The notes below the pieces were generated by a model, which saw only the letters and a program-made list of their open reading frames with translations, was not told the DNA's origin and did not search any database. Shown piece after piece: positions 36,976 to 45,818 of a stretch of DNA of 64,000 nucleotides. The translations under genes and the position numbers were made by a program. This DNA comes from Minisyncoccota bacterium (lineage in GTDB: Bacteria; Patescibacteriota; Minisyncoccia; Phycocordibacterales; DAORIS01), in the NCBI GenBank assembly GCA_035438625.1, contig DAORIS010000004.1, positions 7,497 through 71,496 of the forward strand. Direction: 5' to 3'. Position 1 is the stretch's first letter; every line of letters begins with the position of its first letter.

Positions 36976-37521
36976 TTATATTTTCTTAACTTGCAAGAAA
37001 TCAAGTTCTACAGGTGTCTCACGGCCGAACATGCTTACAAGTACCTTAACTTTACCTCTTTCTTGATCAATTGCACTAACCTTTCCTTCTAGATCTTTAA
37101 ATGGACCGTCGGCGATAAGGACATGGTCGTCAGTATCGAGGTCAATGTCGTGCTTAGGAGTATCGGCATTCATTCGTGAGAAGAGTGCATCGATTTCACT
37201 CTTATCAATAGAAACTGGGTACACACCTGAACCTACAAACCCTGTTACTCGTGGTGTATTTCGAACAACGTACCATGAATCATCAGTTACGATCATTTCT
37301 ACCAAGATATACCCAGGGTAAATCTTTTCTTCTTCCTCGATTCGTTTTCCGCTTTTTACCTTGATCTGCTTTTCAGTTGGAACCAAGATATTAAAGATCT
37401 TGTCCTGCATGTTCAACGACTCAACGCGCTGACGAAGATTTCGTGCAACGGCGTTTTCATATCCTGCGTACGTATGGATAACGTACCACTTTCTTCCTTC
37501 GGATAATTGCTGCTTAGACAT
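36976..37521 (-). CDS. nusG: Transcription antitermination factor NusG.
   Basis: - NGN domain (KWYVIHTYAGYENAVARNL) and KOW domain (GPFKDLEGKVSAIDQERGKVKVLVSMFGRETPVELD). Confidence 0.93.
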   Translation of the reverse strand: MSKQQLSEGRKWYVIHTYAGYENAVARNLRQRVESLNMQDKIFNILVPTEKQIKVKSGKRIEEEEKIYPGYILVEMIVTDDSWYVVRNTPRVTGFVGSGVYPVSIDKSEIDALFSRMNADTPKHDIDLDTDDHVLIADGPFKDLEGKVSAIDQERGKVKVLVSMFGRETPVELDFLQVKKI

Positions 37522-37533
37522 GCTAATTAATTA

Positions 37534-37713
37534 TTATTCTACGATTCTCTTCACAAGCTCCGCAAATAGGTAGTCGAATGCACCAAGAATAATAGCCACA
37601 ACAACTGTGAACGCTATGATTGCAATAGTGTACGCAAGTGCTTGCCTTTTGTTAGGCCAAACAACATGCCTCATTTCGCCTCGCGTATCTCGGATATAGT
37701 CAAATATGCTCAT
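37534..37713 (-). CDS. secE: Preprotein translocase subunit SecE (59 aa; not in the ORF track).
   Basis: - Manual translation of the minus strand gives MSIFDYIRDTRGEMRHVVWPNKRQALAYTIAIIAFTVVVAIILGAFDYLFAELVKRIVE.
- The conserved VxWP motif, a single transmembrane helix and the position immediately upstream of nusG all fit SecE. Confidence 0.8.
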   Translation of the reverse strand: MSIFDYIRDTRGEMRHVVWPNKRQALAYTIAIIAFTVVVAIILGAFDYLFAELVKRIVE

Positions 37714-37749
37714 ATATTATTAAAAACCGCCCCGGAGGGCATTACTTTT

Positions 37750-37778
37750 ATAATAATGCTTCCAGGGCGATTTGTCAA
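37750..37778 (-). promoter_or_regulatory. Candidate sigma70-type promoter for secE-nusG.
   Basis: - Minus strand reads TTGACA, a 17-nt spacer, then TATTAT.
- It is about 35 nt upstream of the secE start.
- The leader contains a short GC hairpin (GCCCTCCGGGGC) followed by UUUUU. Confidence 0.35.
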
Positions 37779-37790
37779 TTTATACTGTTA

Positions 37791-38597
37791 TTAACGAATC
37801 TCGTACCATACAGTAACTCGGGACTCAAACTTGTTCTGTCCTTGTGGGAGTTCTGGTGTTGCTTCCTTTGTCTGATTTGCAACATCCATCATCGCTCCAC
37901 CTCGTCCATAGAAATATGACGGTGAACTATCTTCTGTGAAGTTAACAATGCGTCCAAGTCGAACACCTAGGTCATCAGCAAGAGCTTCTGCCTTCTCTCG
38001 TGCGTCAGCAATAGCTGCTTCACGAGCCTGGTCAAGAACTGCTTGCTCATCATCAATGGTGAACTGAATTCCACCTACAGTTGTTGCTCCTCCTGTTGTA
38101 ACAAGTGAAACAATCTCTCCTGCCTTAGTGTTGTCGTTTTCACGAACCTTCACTTCAACAGTAACTGAAGTTTCATATCCGCGGATAACTGGATTTGATG
38201 GTGGGCAATATGCTGATGTACATGCTCGGTATACCTGTTGGTCATACACAGGATATGTATTGTATCCAAGTGTCTTAATGTCTTTCTCTTCTATTCCAGC
38301 GTCTTTGATTTTCTGGATTAGGGGGTTCAAAACATCTGTAACCATTTTCTGTGAATCAGCTTGTACCTTTGCTTCCTTTCGGATATCAAATGTAAATACT
38401 GCAACATCAGGAACTGCTTCTATCTCTCCAAAACCCGAGACGGTAATGTGTGGGACTTGGTCGATTCCCATTCCACGACTGTCATCACCTCTAACTGCTG
38501 AAATAAGTATTGCTAGACCAACAGCAATACAGAGTGCCAAAAAGCCTGTTTTAAAGGCACCTGAGGCGAAAAAACTATTATTATTTGTTGTATCCAT
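37791..38597 (-). CDS. SIMPL-domain (DUF541, BP26/OMP28-like) protein.
   Basis: - An N-terminal transmembrane or signal segment.
- Segments such as ITVSGFGEIEAVPDVAVFTF...GYETSVTVEVKV...GGIQFTIDD match the SIMPL/DUF541 pattern. Confidence 0.6.
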   Translation of the reverse strand: MDTTNNNSFFASGAFKTGFLALCIAVGLAILISAVRGDDSRGMGIDQVPHITVSGFGEIEAVPDVAVFTFDIRKEAKVQADSQKMVTDVLNPLIQKIKDAGIEEKDIKTLGYNTYPVYDQQVYRACTSAYCPPSNPVIRGYETSVTVEVKVRENDNTKAGEIVSLVTTGGATTVGGIQFTIDDEQAVLDQAREAAIADAREKAEALADDLGVRLGRIVNFTEDSSPSYFYGRGGAMMDVANQTKEATPELPQGQNKFESRVTVWYEIR

Positions 38598-38692
38598 GTA
38601 TATGATTATATCCTTTTAATACGTACGCGGCGATTCCGGTGCTGTATATAGATATGACGTACAGAAAGTACTTTCTTACAACACTTTACAGA

Positions 38693-39259
38693 TTAGATTG
38701 AATACTTTCGCATTGCTGGTGCGGTGCATAAAACAAGCAGTATTCCGAAAATCCAACCTCCAAGTACATCACTTGGCCAATGCTCACCAAGATACACACG
38801 AGAGACACCAACAAGAACAATGAGTAGCGTTGCAACTACAATAATTACAATACGTTTAAATTTAATCGAAGTTTGATGTGTAGCGTCGATTAGGTGAAGT
38901 AACCAAAGCGCAGCAACAGAGATCATCACGAATGAAACCAGAGCGTGCGCACTGGGAAACGCTGGTATAAAGGCACTGTGAAAAGCATCCAGATTTGCTG
39001 TTTCAGGCCTGGTTCTCAAAAATACTTGTTTCAAAAAACCAGCCAAACCACAGGCCGCAAGAACAATTGCCGCAAAGAGGGCAAGTTGTCTGTCTTTGTG
39101 GTACCAATGTGCAACTATGAAAATACCAACAAATACAACACCTATAGCTGCAGGTTCAAATGCATATGATGCGCTCTTAAAAACCACACTAGCAATTGGA
39201 CTGTGCATTTGATGCACAGCATTAGAGACTGCAAAATCCATAAACTCAATTGGGCCCAT
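38693..39259 (-). CDS. PAP2-family phosphatase (membrane).
   Basis: - PAP2 motifs: KQVFLRTRP, SFPSAHA and SRVYLGEHWPSDV. Confidence 0.8.
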   Translation of the reverse strand: MGPIEFMDFAVSNAVHQMHSPIASVVFKSASYAFEPAAIGVVFVGIFIVAHWYHKDRQLALFAAIVLAACGLAGFLKQVFLRTRPETANLDAFHSAFIPAFPSAHALVSFVMISVAALWLLHLIDATHQTSIKFKRIVIIVVATLLIVLVGVSRVYLGEHWPSDVLGGWIFGILLVLCTAPAMRKYSI

Positions 39260-39272
39260 ATATAGAAATATA

Positions 39273-40493
39273 CTACCTACGAGGAGATACGTCAGTTGTT
39301 GTAGCAGAACTAGATGCTGCGTTCAGCTTTATGTTGAGTCGTGCCTGGTCGAGAATTGCACCGAGTGATGTTGAGGCGTTACTTGTTCCCTGCTGGCGTA
39401 ATGCCGATTCCTTATCCTCATCAGAAAGCTGCAGCTCTTCAACGTTTGTAAGTGTCTGTTCAGCTTCTTGGATAATTAGAATAGATTCCTGGAAAGAGGT
39501 GTACGCTTCGATGAATTTTCCTTCATCAAGTAGACGATACCCTTCTTCGAGCATGAAGTGTGCATCAAGTACAGATTCTTCGATACCAGTGTCCACCGCA
39601 GGAATAGTTGCACTAGCTGCTGTGCTGCTTGTGCTACTTACCATCGTCATTGAGACAGAAACAGTAGTTGTTGATTCTTGTGGCTCGATAAGCTTTTCAA
39701 GGCTTAAAATAGCTTCTTCTGCTTCAATAGCTCGTGCTGAGGCGGCTGCTTTAATTTCTTTAGATGAAAGTGACGCAAGCTTTCCTTCTGCGTCTTTTCG
39801 AAGCGCATCAACTGATGCAATTTCTGCTTGGAGTGCAGTGTGTAGAAGCTGCTTGCTCTCAGAGTCTCCAATTGTACTGATCACATTCTTGTGCGCAAGA
39901 AGTGTTGACTGAAATTCAGCTGAAAGTGATGCTGCGGTTGCAGGATCTTCTTTGCTGTTTATTTTTTCAAGACTCTTACTGAATTCTTCACTGTGCTTTT
40001 TAAAGCTTTCGTTAATAGAAACCTCTTGTTCTTCTGTGAGGTTATTGTTTACGGCCAACTTCTGCGCTTCAACGAGTCGGTTTTCTGCAAACTTAGCCTC
40101 AAGCTTTGCTCGAGACTGGGATGAGAATGTCAAAAGACCTTGTACGTTTTCATTAAAATTAGTCTTCACAACATAGAGTGCATCTCCCGGAAGAGATTTT
40201 TCTGCAGCGAATGACAAACTACCTGCCATGACCAAAAAGGCCGCAAGGCTGATGCTTGCATAGTTCATGAAAAAGATATGTGACCTGATTGGTCGCTTGG
40301 TTAAAATTGGAGAAGGGTATGCAAATTTGTTGCTGTTTTGGTTAGTTGCAGCAACTCGAATAGCGTCAAAAATTTTGACGCGCTCAGACTTCCCTAACAC
40401 AATGTGGGAGTCTATGTCAGCCTTTAAAGACTGAAGGATGTGGATAATGTCATTTTTCATTTTGAATGTTGAGCGCGATTCGAAGCTTTTCAA
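39273..40493 (-). CDS. Putative anti-sigma factor with a long extracytoplasmic coiled-coil (DUF5667-like) domain.
   Basis: - It overlaps the 3' end of the ECF sigma gene by 44 nt.
- A cytoplasmic N-terminus, one transmembrane helix (NYASISLAAFLVMAGSLSFAA), then a helical low-complexity domain. Confidence 0.5.
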   Translation of the reverse strand: MKSFESRSTFKMKNDIIHILQSLKADIDSHIVLGKSERVKIFDAIRVAATNQNSNKFAYPSPILTKRPIRSHIFFMNYASISLAAFLVMAGSLSFAAEKSLPGDALYVVKTNFNENVQGLLTFSSQSRAKLEAKFAENRLVEAQKLAVNNNLTEEQEVSINESFKKHSEEFSKSLEKINSKEDPATAASLSAEFQSTLLAHKNVISTIGDSESKQLLHTALQAEIASVDALRKDAEGKLASLSSKEIKAAASARAIEAEEAILSLEKLIEPQESTTTVSVSMTMVSSTSSTAASATIPAVDTGIEESVLDAHFMLEEGYRLLDEGKFIEAYTSFQESILIIQEAEQTLTNVEELQLSDEDKESALRQQGTSNASTSLGAILDQARLNIKLNAASSSATTTDVSPRR

Positions 40494-40965
40494 GCGCTCT
40501 ATGAATTCTAACCGAGACCACGTTTTCTGAAAGACCTGTGAGTTCAGAGATTTCTTTTGGACTCAAGTCATCTATGAACCTCATAAGTACAATGTCCTTA
40601 TATTTCTCATCTAGATCATGCACTGCCCGTAGTGCTTTTTCAGAGTCTACTGATAGGAGTGGTAATCCCTCGTGACCATCTGACGCGATATCAAACCCTT
40701 GGTCTGACATGTCGTCCAATGAATCAGAGTGCTTACGCCTATAATCATCAATGACCAGATTATGCGCCGTCTTGTACAGGAACGATTTCACACTTAAGAC
40801 CTCATTGCCGGCTTGCATATACTGGAGAGTCTTAACGAAAGCGTCCTGAACAATATCTACAGCCTTTTCACGGTTTCTAACCTTAAGAAGGCAGAATCTG
40901 AGGAGCGCATCTGCGTGTTCCTCATATGCCCGTTCTAGCTGACTGTATTGTGACGGTACGCTCAT
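40450..40965 (-). CDS. ECF-type RNA polymerase sigma-70 family factor.
   Basis: - Region 2 (DIVQDAFVKTLQYM...YKTAHNLVIDDYRR) and region 4 (LSPKEISELTGLSENVVSVRIHRALEKLR) are present. Confidence 0.85.
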   Translation of the reverse strand: MSVPSQYSQLERAYEEHADALLRFCLLKVRNREKAVDIVQDAFVKTLQYMQAGNEVLSVKSFLYKTAHNLVIDDYRRKHSDSLDDMSDQGFDIASDGHEGLPLLSVDSEKALRAVHDLDEKYKDIVLMRFIDDLSPKEISELTGLSENVVSVRIHRALEKLRIALNIQNEK

Positions 40966-41020
40966 GTGTTATGACGCAAGATAGTGCCTTCTCTTACGAT
41001 TAGACAAGTATACACAATTA

Positions 41021-41923
41021 TTATTTAAAACTAAGCCGTGTGTATATCCCTGCTGGTAAAATACGGCCATCCTTAGGGCTTTCCATAATATTCATAGAAC
41101 CGTATTCCAATGCACTAACTTTAGAAAGTAAGTTCGGAAACGATTTTTCTAGGACTGACTCAACTGCCTGGGCATATGCCTCGGGTGCATACCCTGCTGC
41201 GTACCCGTTCACAATGAAGAAGAGTGGGGTGTCCGAAAGGAGCTTCATACACGACTCGATAAGGGGCAATAAATGGTCTTCAATCTTCCACACCTCCCCT
41301 TTTGGACCACGTCCGAATGATGGTGGATCCATGATGATTCCTTCGTACTTGTTTTCGCGTCGAATCTCCTTTCCAACAAAAGCCATCGCATCGTCAACAA
41401 GCCACCTAATCGGTGCCTTTGAAAGACCCGCAAGTGCGGCATTTTCCTTCGCGTGTTCAATAGCAGGCTTTGAGGCATCTACATGGCACACTGAGGCACC
41501 AACAGAGGCCGCAGCAACCGTTGCTGCACCTGTGTATCCAAATAGGTTTAAGACCTCTGGTTTCTTTTCTCCGTCAGTCTTACCCGCAAGTGCCGAACGA
41601 ACAAATTTCCATGTTTCGGCATGTTCAGGAAATACACCGGTGTGCTTAAACGCTGAAGGCCTAACGGTAATATTTAACCCACCGATTTGTGCTGACCATG
41701 AATCCCGCATACCTTCTTTAAGCTTCCATCCAGTACCAAAAAATCCATCTGCACGAACCCACACCTCTTCTGGAAGACGTTTATACCAAACCGCTTGTGG
41801 GTCAGGTCGAGCAAGCATATATTCACCGTATCGCTCAAGCTTCATCCCCTCTCCGGAGTCTAGAAGTTCATAACCTTGATAACTACCTGCGGTGAGATCT
41901 ACTCTTTTTTTGTGTACTGACAT
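41021..41923 (-). CDS. Class I SAM-dependent RNA methyltransferase (RlmI/RlmK-like).
   Basis: - LNLFGYTGAATVAAA (SAM-binding glycine-rich motif I) and IIMDPPSF (motif IV, DPPxF). Confidence 0.6.
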   Translation of the reverse strand: MSVHKKRVDLTAGSYQGYELLDSGEGMKLERYGEYMLARPDPQAVWYKRLPEEVWVRADGFFGTGWKLKEGMRDSWSAQIGGLNITVRPSAFKHTGVFPEHAETWKFVRSALAGKTDGEKKPEVLNLFGYTGAATVAAASVGASVCHVDASKPAIEHAKENAALAGLSKAPIRWLVDDAMAFVGKEIRRENKYEGIIMDPPSFGRGPKGEVWKIEDHLLPLIESCMKLLSDTPLFFIVNGYAAGYAPEAYAQAVESVLEKSFPNLLSKVSALEYGSMNIMESPKDGRILPAGIYTRLSFK

Positions 41924-41929
41924 GTAAAT

Positions 41930-42463
41930 TTAGTTTCGAACATTAGACTTCAAAATATCCCTGATCTCTCCTAAGAGCACCTCTTCCTTTGATGGAGGTG
42001 GTGGTGTTACCTTATCTTCTTGAGCCTGCTTCTTTTCTTGTTTCCTCCTGAATCGGTTAATTGCCTTGACCAAGAGAAATACTGCAAACGCAACAATAAT
42101 GAAATCAATTGTTGTCTGCAAAAACACGCCATAGTTAACAGTAATTGCAACAGATGCTTCAGTTGCTTCTCGCAATGTAAACTTCAATCCATCAAACTTG
42201 ATTCCACCGATTAAAATTCCGAGAAGCGGCGTAACAATATCAGCAACCAATGACGAGACGATCTTGTTAAAAGCGCCGCCGATGATAATACCAATAGCGA
42301 GGTCCATAACATTCCCCCGCATAGCGAATTCCTTGAATTCATGGACGAATCCCTTTACCACTCCACCATACTGTTGGACATCACCAACTACAGAAGTACG
42401 TATGTTATTTAATTTCTCCTTGGGTAGGTGCATGTTGTTTTTTATGTAGTACCTCCCGAACAA
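41930..42463 (-). CDS. mscL: Large-conductance mechanosensitive channel.
   Basis: - [49 protein letters not shown] matches MscL TM1 and the periplasmic loop.
- The ORF has an N-terminal extension of about 35 aa upstream of the conserved start; the true start is uncertain. Confidence 0.85.
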   Translation of the reverse strand: MFGRYYIKNNMHLPKEKLNNIRTSVVGDVQQYGGVVKGFVHEFKEFAMRGNVMDLAIGIIIGGAFNKIVSSLVADIVTPLLGILIGGIKFDGLKFTLREATEASVAITVNYGVFLQTTIDFIIVAFAVFLLVKAINRFRRKQEKKQAQEDKVTPPPPSKEEVLLGEIRDILKSNVRN

Positions 42464-43013
42464 TCGGGAGGATCGAGAGGACTATAATAGCCACGACGAT
42501 ATACTCAATATAGTCACGGAGGCCAGGAATGTAAAGCCCTGCAGCAAATGAGGCAGAGAGTAGCCCAGCCGCCCATAGTAGTCCACCAATTATATTGTAG
42601 AGGGCAAACTTTCTATACGGCATACCTCCAACACCAGCCATAATTGGTGCAAGTGTTCGAACTATTGGAGTGAAGCGTGCAGCAATTATGGTAAAGCGTC
42701 CGTACCGTTTGAAGAACATCGCTGTCTTTTCGATATACGCTTTTCTGAAGAAAAATGAGTCTTCTTTTACAAACACCATTGGACCAAAATACTTTCCGGT
42801 CGCATACCCAACCGCATCACCGAGAATTGCCGCGAGTGTGCAACCAATAATCAACACTCTAATATCCAATAATCCTCCCGCCGCAAGAAATCCTGCAGTA
42901 ATAAGAAGCGAGTCACCTGGTAACAATAATCCGATTAATATTCCTGACTCAGCGAATATTGCAGCAATAATACCGACATGTCCGGCGGCTTGAATAAGAG
43001 ATTCTATATCCAT
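42405..43013 (-). CDS. DedA-family membrane protein.
   Basis: - The SNARE-associated/DedA pattern ([24 protein letters not shown]...[23 protein letters not shown]). Confidence 0.75.
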   Translation of the reverse strand: MDIESLIQAAGHVGIIAAIFAESGILIGLLLPGDSLLITAGFLAAGGLLDIRVLIIGCTLAAILGDAVGYATGKYFGPMVFVKEDSFFFRKAYIEKTAMFFKRYGRFTIIAARFTPIVRTLAPIMAGVGGMPYRKFALYNIIGGLLWAAGLLSASFAAGLYIPGLRDYIEYIVVAIIVLSILPIVREVLHKKQHAPTQGEIK

Positions 43014-43032
43014 GAATTATATCTCGAATGAC

Positions 43033-43617
43033 TTATGCTGTTGCAGTAACTATATGCTTTCTATATGCGTAATAGAGAACACCAATTGCAATCTGTGCCA
43101 TAAACGCTGAAAGTGACATATATGGAATTGTGATGAAACCAAACACGAGGAATGGGATATATGCACATGCAGCAGCTGTTGTAATTGCGTCACACGGCAA
43201 CGCTGACGGAACAAGTACTTGACCATAGTAGTGCCACACCGCAATCACTCCACCAATTACCGAAAGGAGAACAATGTACTTTATAACCCCACTGTCACGA
43301 CGGATAGAGGCTAGTGTGAGCATAAAGAACTGTGGGAACATAAAGAACCGCTGCCACACACATAAAATACATGGTACGTATCCAGCTATGGTCGAATAGA
43401 AATTACTTCCAAAAAATGTCACGATTGAAACAATAAACATCGTGAACACCGAATACTTTGCAATAAAACTAACGACTGAGTTACCGAAAAATGCGACCCT
43501 AAAGCGAGCATTAAATAATGCCACCCCCCCTCCAATAAGCGCTACGAGAGTTAGTATGTTTGCAATAAGTACTCCAACTGAGATACCTGTAGTAATTGAT
43601 GATACAAGTGGTGTCAT
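43033..43617 (-). CDS. DsbB/BdbC-like disulfide bond formation protein.
   Basis: - Four transmembrane helices.
- A CxxC-QR motif (CILCVWQR) in the first outside loop and a second Cys pair (PCDAITTAAACAY) in the second loop. Confidence 0.6.
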   Translation of the reverse strand: MTPLVSSITTGISVGVLIANILTLVALIGGGVALFNARFRVAFFGNSVVSFIAKYSVFTMFIVSIVTFFGSNFYSTIAGYVPCILCVWQRFFMFPQFFMLTLASIRRDSGVIKYIVLLSVIGGVIAVWHYYGQVLVPSALPCDAITTAAACAYIPFLVFGFITIPYMSLSAFMAQIAIGVLYYAYRKHIVTATA

Positions 43618-43622
43618 AAATA

Positions 43623-44033
43623 TTACTCTGTTACTGGTGTTGCCGGAGCAGGAATCTCACACGCTGTTTTTTCTGCGAGCTGCTCAACAGTTAATACTCC
43701 CTCTACCCGTTCACCATCTGCAAATTCCCACGTAGGGTATTTTTTAATTTCTTTGAGGTTACATGCTTCATTTTGAGCTGTGCCGTCTGGTGTAGAACAT
43801 TCTACATACGGAAGAGAAGGTGCTGCCTTACCAAAGATTGCCTTTTGCTCTCGGCAATGTGGGCACCAGAACGTACCATAAAATGTTGCACCCTTATCTT
43901 TCAAACATGCAGCAAAGGGTATTAACTCTTCCCCTTGTGTATTCTTTGCATCGAATAGGAATATCCCTCCAATTGCTCCACCAATAACGATAATTGCGAC
44001 AATAATTGTCCACGCTGTACTGTTCATTTTCAT
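43623..44033 (-). CDS. Membrane-anchored thioredoxin-fold oxidoreductase (DsbA-like, CPHC active site).
   Basis: - An N-terminal transmembrane anchor and FWCPHC, the same CPHC active site as DsbA.
- Adjacent to the DsbB-like gene. Confidence 0.6.
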   Translation of the reverse strand: MKMNSTAWTIIVAIIVIGGAIGGIFLFDAKNTQGEELIPFAACLKDKGATFYGTFWCPHCREQKAIFGKAAPSLPYVECSTPDGTAQNEACNLKEIKKYPTWEFADGERVEGVLTVEQLAEKTACEIPAPATPVTE

Positions 44034-44063
44034 AAAAACATACTACCACGTATTGCCACCCAC

Positions 44064-44840
44064 CTAAAAGAAGAAGACAAGGAGTACGATACCGGCAATT
44101 ATCCTGTACACAGCAAATGGGATGAATGTGTGTGAGGACACAAAGCGTATAAACATACGGACACAGAAGAAGGCAGAGAGCCATGACGACAAGAAACCCA
44201 CTGCCAAAAGAAGCATTTCCATTCCATTTAATGAAATCTGCATTTTAAGGAGGTCGTATGCACTTGCAGCTATGATAGTTGGCACTGACAGTACAAATGA
44301 GAACTCAACAATCGCTGCCCTGTCTATTCTATGCATCAGTCCACCAATAATTGTTGAGCCAGATCGTGATACGCCTGGAATTAACGCAAACGCCTGATAT
44401 GTTCCCAGAAGAATTGAATCTTTAAGTGAGATCGATCTTCGAAGCCTAAAGTCCTCCTCTGTTTCAACCTGCTTTTTAAGTCGTAACTCAATTGCAAGCA
44501 TAATAACTCCTCCAACAAGCAGCGCCCATGCAACAAGTGACGGGTACTCCAAAAAACTTTTCACCATCGGATACAGCAACACCCCCGCAAGTGCAGTAGG
44601 AATAAATGCTGCGAGGATATTAAAAGCCCGCTTCGGACTACGCTTTACTCTTCGAATGAACAGAGGTAGCACTGCCAATATTGCTCCCACCTGAATAAAA
44701 ATTTGGAATGTTTTTAAAAACTCAGTTGGCTCTAGGTCCATTAAACTTGAAAAAACAATCAAGTGACCCGTAGAGGATACGGGCAAAAACTCTGTGAGTC
44801 CCTCAACGATTCCAAGAAGTATTGCTTGAGTAATTGTCAT
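44064..44840 (-). CDS. uppP: Undecaprenyl-diphosphatase.
   Basis: - QAILLGIVEGLTEFLPVSSTGHL, GVSRSGSTIIGG and the 258-aa multi-pass layout fit BacA/UppP. Confidence 0.88.
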   Translation of the reverse strand: MTITQAILLGIVEGLTEFLPVSSTGHLIVFSSLMDLEPTEFLKTFQIFIQVGAILAVLPLFIRRVKRSPKRAFNILAAFIPTALAGVLLYPMVKSFLEYPSLVAWALLVGGVIMLAIELRLKKQVETEEDFRLRRSISLKDSILLGTYQAFALIPGVSRSGSTIIGGLMHRIDRAAIVEFSFVLSVPTIIAASAYDLLKMQISLNGMEMLLLAVGFLSSWLSAFFCVRMFIRFVSSHTFIPFAVYRIIAGIVLLVFFF

Positions 44841-44850
44841 GACTGTATAG

Positions 44851-45810
44851 CTACCTTGATGACTTTATACACTCATTAAATTGCCGCACGGAATCATTAT
44901 ATGCAGACGTGTTATACCTAAGCGTCTGCACTGTTGCGTTGTACGAAGCAACTGCCTCGTCATACGCTTTAAACGTTTCTGAATATTCATTACTATCAGT
45001 TCGCCCCTCAGCTTCAATCTGCTTGATCTTTTCTTCTAGTTCATCAATGTGCATAGATTTCTTTTCTAGAAGCGGTTGAAGAGTATCTATCTTTTCCTTT
45101 GCAGCAACATGAATTTCAGGACAACTTGTAAGCGGTCTTCCAAAGTGCTGCACGGCAATTAGTACCTGTTTTCCCTCATACAGACCATATCCAACAGCGA
45201 CACCAATTTCCTGAAACTGAGCGCGTAAAATATTCTCACGGTGTCCTGGACTCTCCATCCACGCCCGGACTAAATCCGCTTCGTTCTTAAACTGTCCGAG
45301 TGCTAAATTTTCACCAATTGAAACGTATTCATATCCAACTTCCTTTACAAAAGAATCTGCACCACTACCCTCTGGTGAGACGTGTTCAAAATACTGTTTC
45401 TGAAACATATCTTCCACCTTTCGAGCAGCTGAACGTGCAAGTGTGGCATTTTGGGAAAGTGCCGCAACACCTTCATCAGTTCGCACGCGGTTAGTTTCTT
45501 CGACTACGATTTCTGCTTGCAACTCATTAACACTCTCCTCATTCCACACTACAAGCGGTGAAGATACCAGAACTTCACGAGGTAATGCTCGTTCTGAAGA
45601 ATCAGTAATTTCATATTCTGATTTATTTAAACCCAACGAATCCGTCGATGACGAATGAAATCGATTTTCAGAATCTGTTTCCCGTGCAGTAAAATACGCT
45701 GAAATTTGATTTAAAATCAAACACGCAACAACAAACAGTGACGCCGAGGCCACGATGATCCATAACCGCTTGGCTGTAGCCGTGCGCATGTTCATAGGTA
45801 TAGTATCCAA
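44851..45810 (-). CDS. CAP/SCP-domain protein (YkwD-like), membrane-anchored.
   Basis: - CAP motifs (HVSPEG..., WMESPGHRENIL..., FQEIGVAV) and an N-terminal transmembrane helix. Confidence 0.55.
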   Translation of the reverse strand: MDTIPMNMRTATAKRLWIIVASASLFVVACLILNQISAYFTARETDSENRFHSSSTDSLGLNKSEYEITDSSERALPREVLVSSPLVVWNEESVNELQAEIVVEETNRVRTDEGVAALSQNATLARSAARKVEDMFQKQYFEHVSPEGSGADSFVKEVGYEYVSIGENLALGQFKNEADLVRAWMESPGHRENILRAQFQEIGVAVGYGLYEGKQVLIAVQHFGRPLTSCPEIHVAAKEKIDTLQPLLEKKSMHIDELEEKIKQIEAEGRTDSNEYSETFKAYDEAVASYNATVQTLRYNTSAYNDSVRQFNECIKSSR

Positions 45811-45818
45811 TACGTTAA

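Noticed and set aside
41040-41873. 277-aa plus-strand ORF antisense to the RNA methyltransferase gene.
   Set aside because: - It is entirely antisense to a gene with clear SAM-methyltransferase motifs.
- Its translation is Ser/Ala/Pro-rich low complexity, typical of a reverse-frame artefact.
42320-42463. About 35-aa N-terminal extension on MscL.
   Set aside because: - The conserved MscL N-terminus ([10 protein letters not shown]) starts well inside the ORF.
- A non-ATG start closer to it is likely, so a start-codon call is the simpler explanation than a novel domain.
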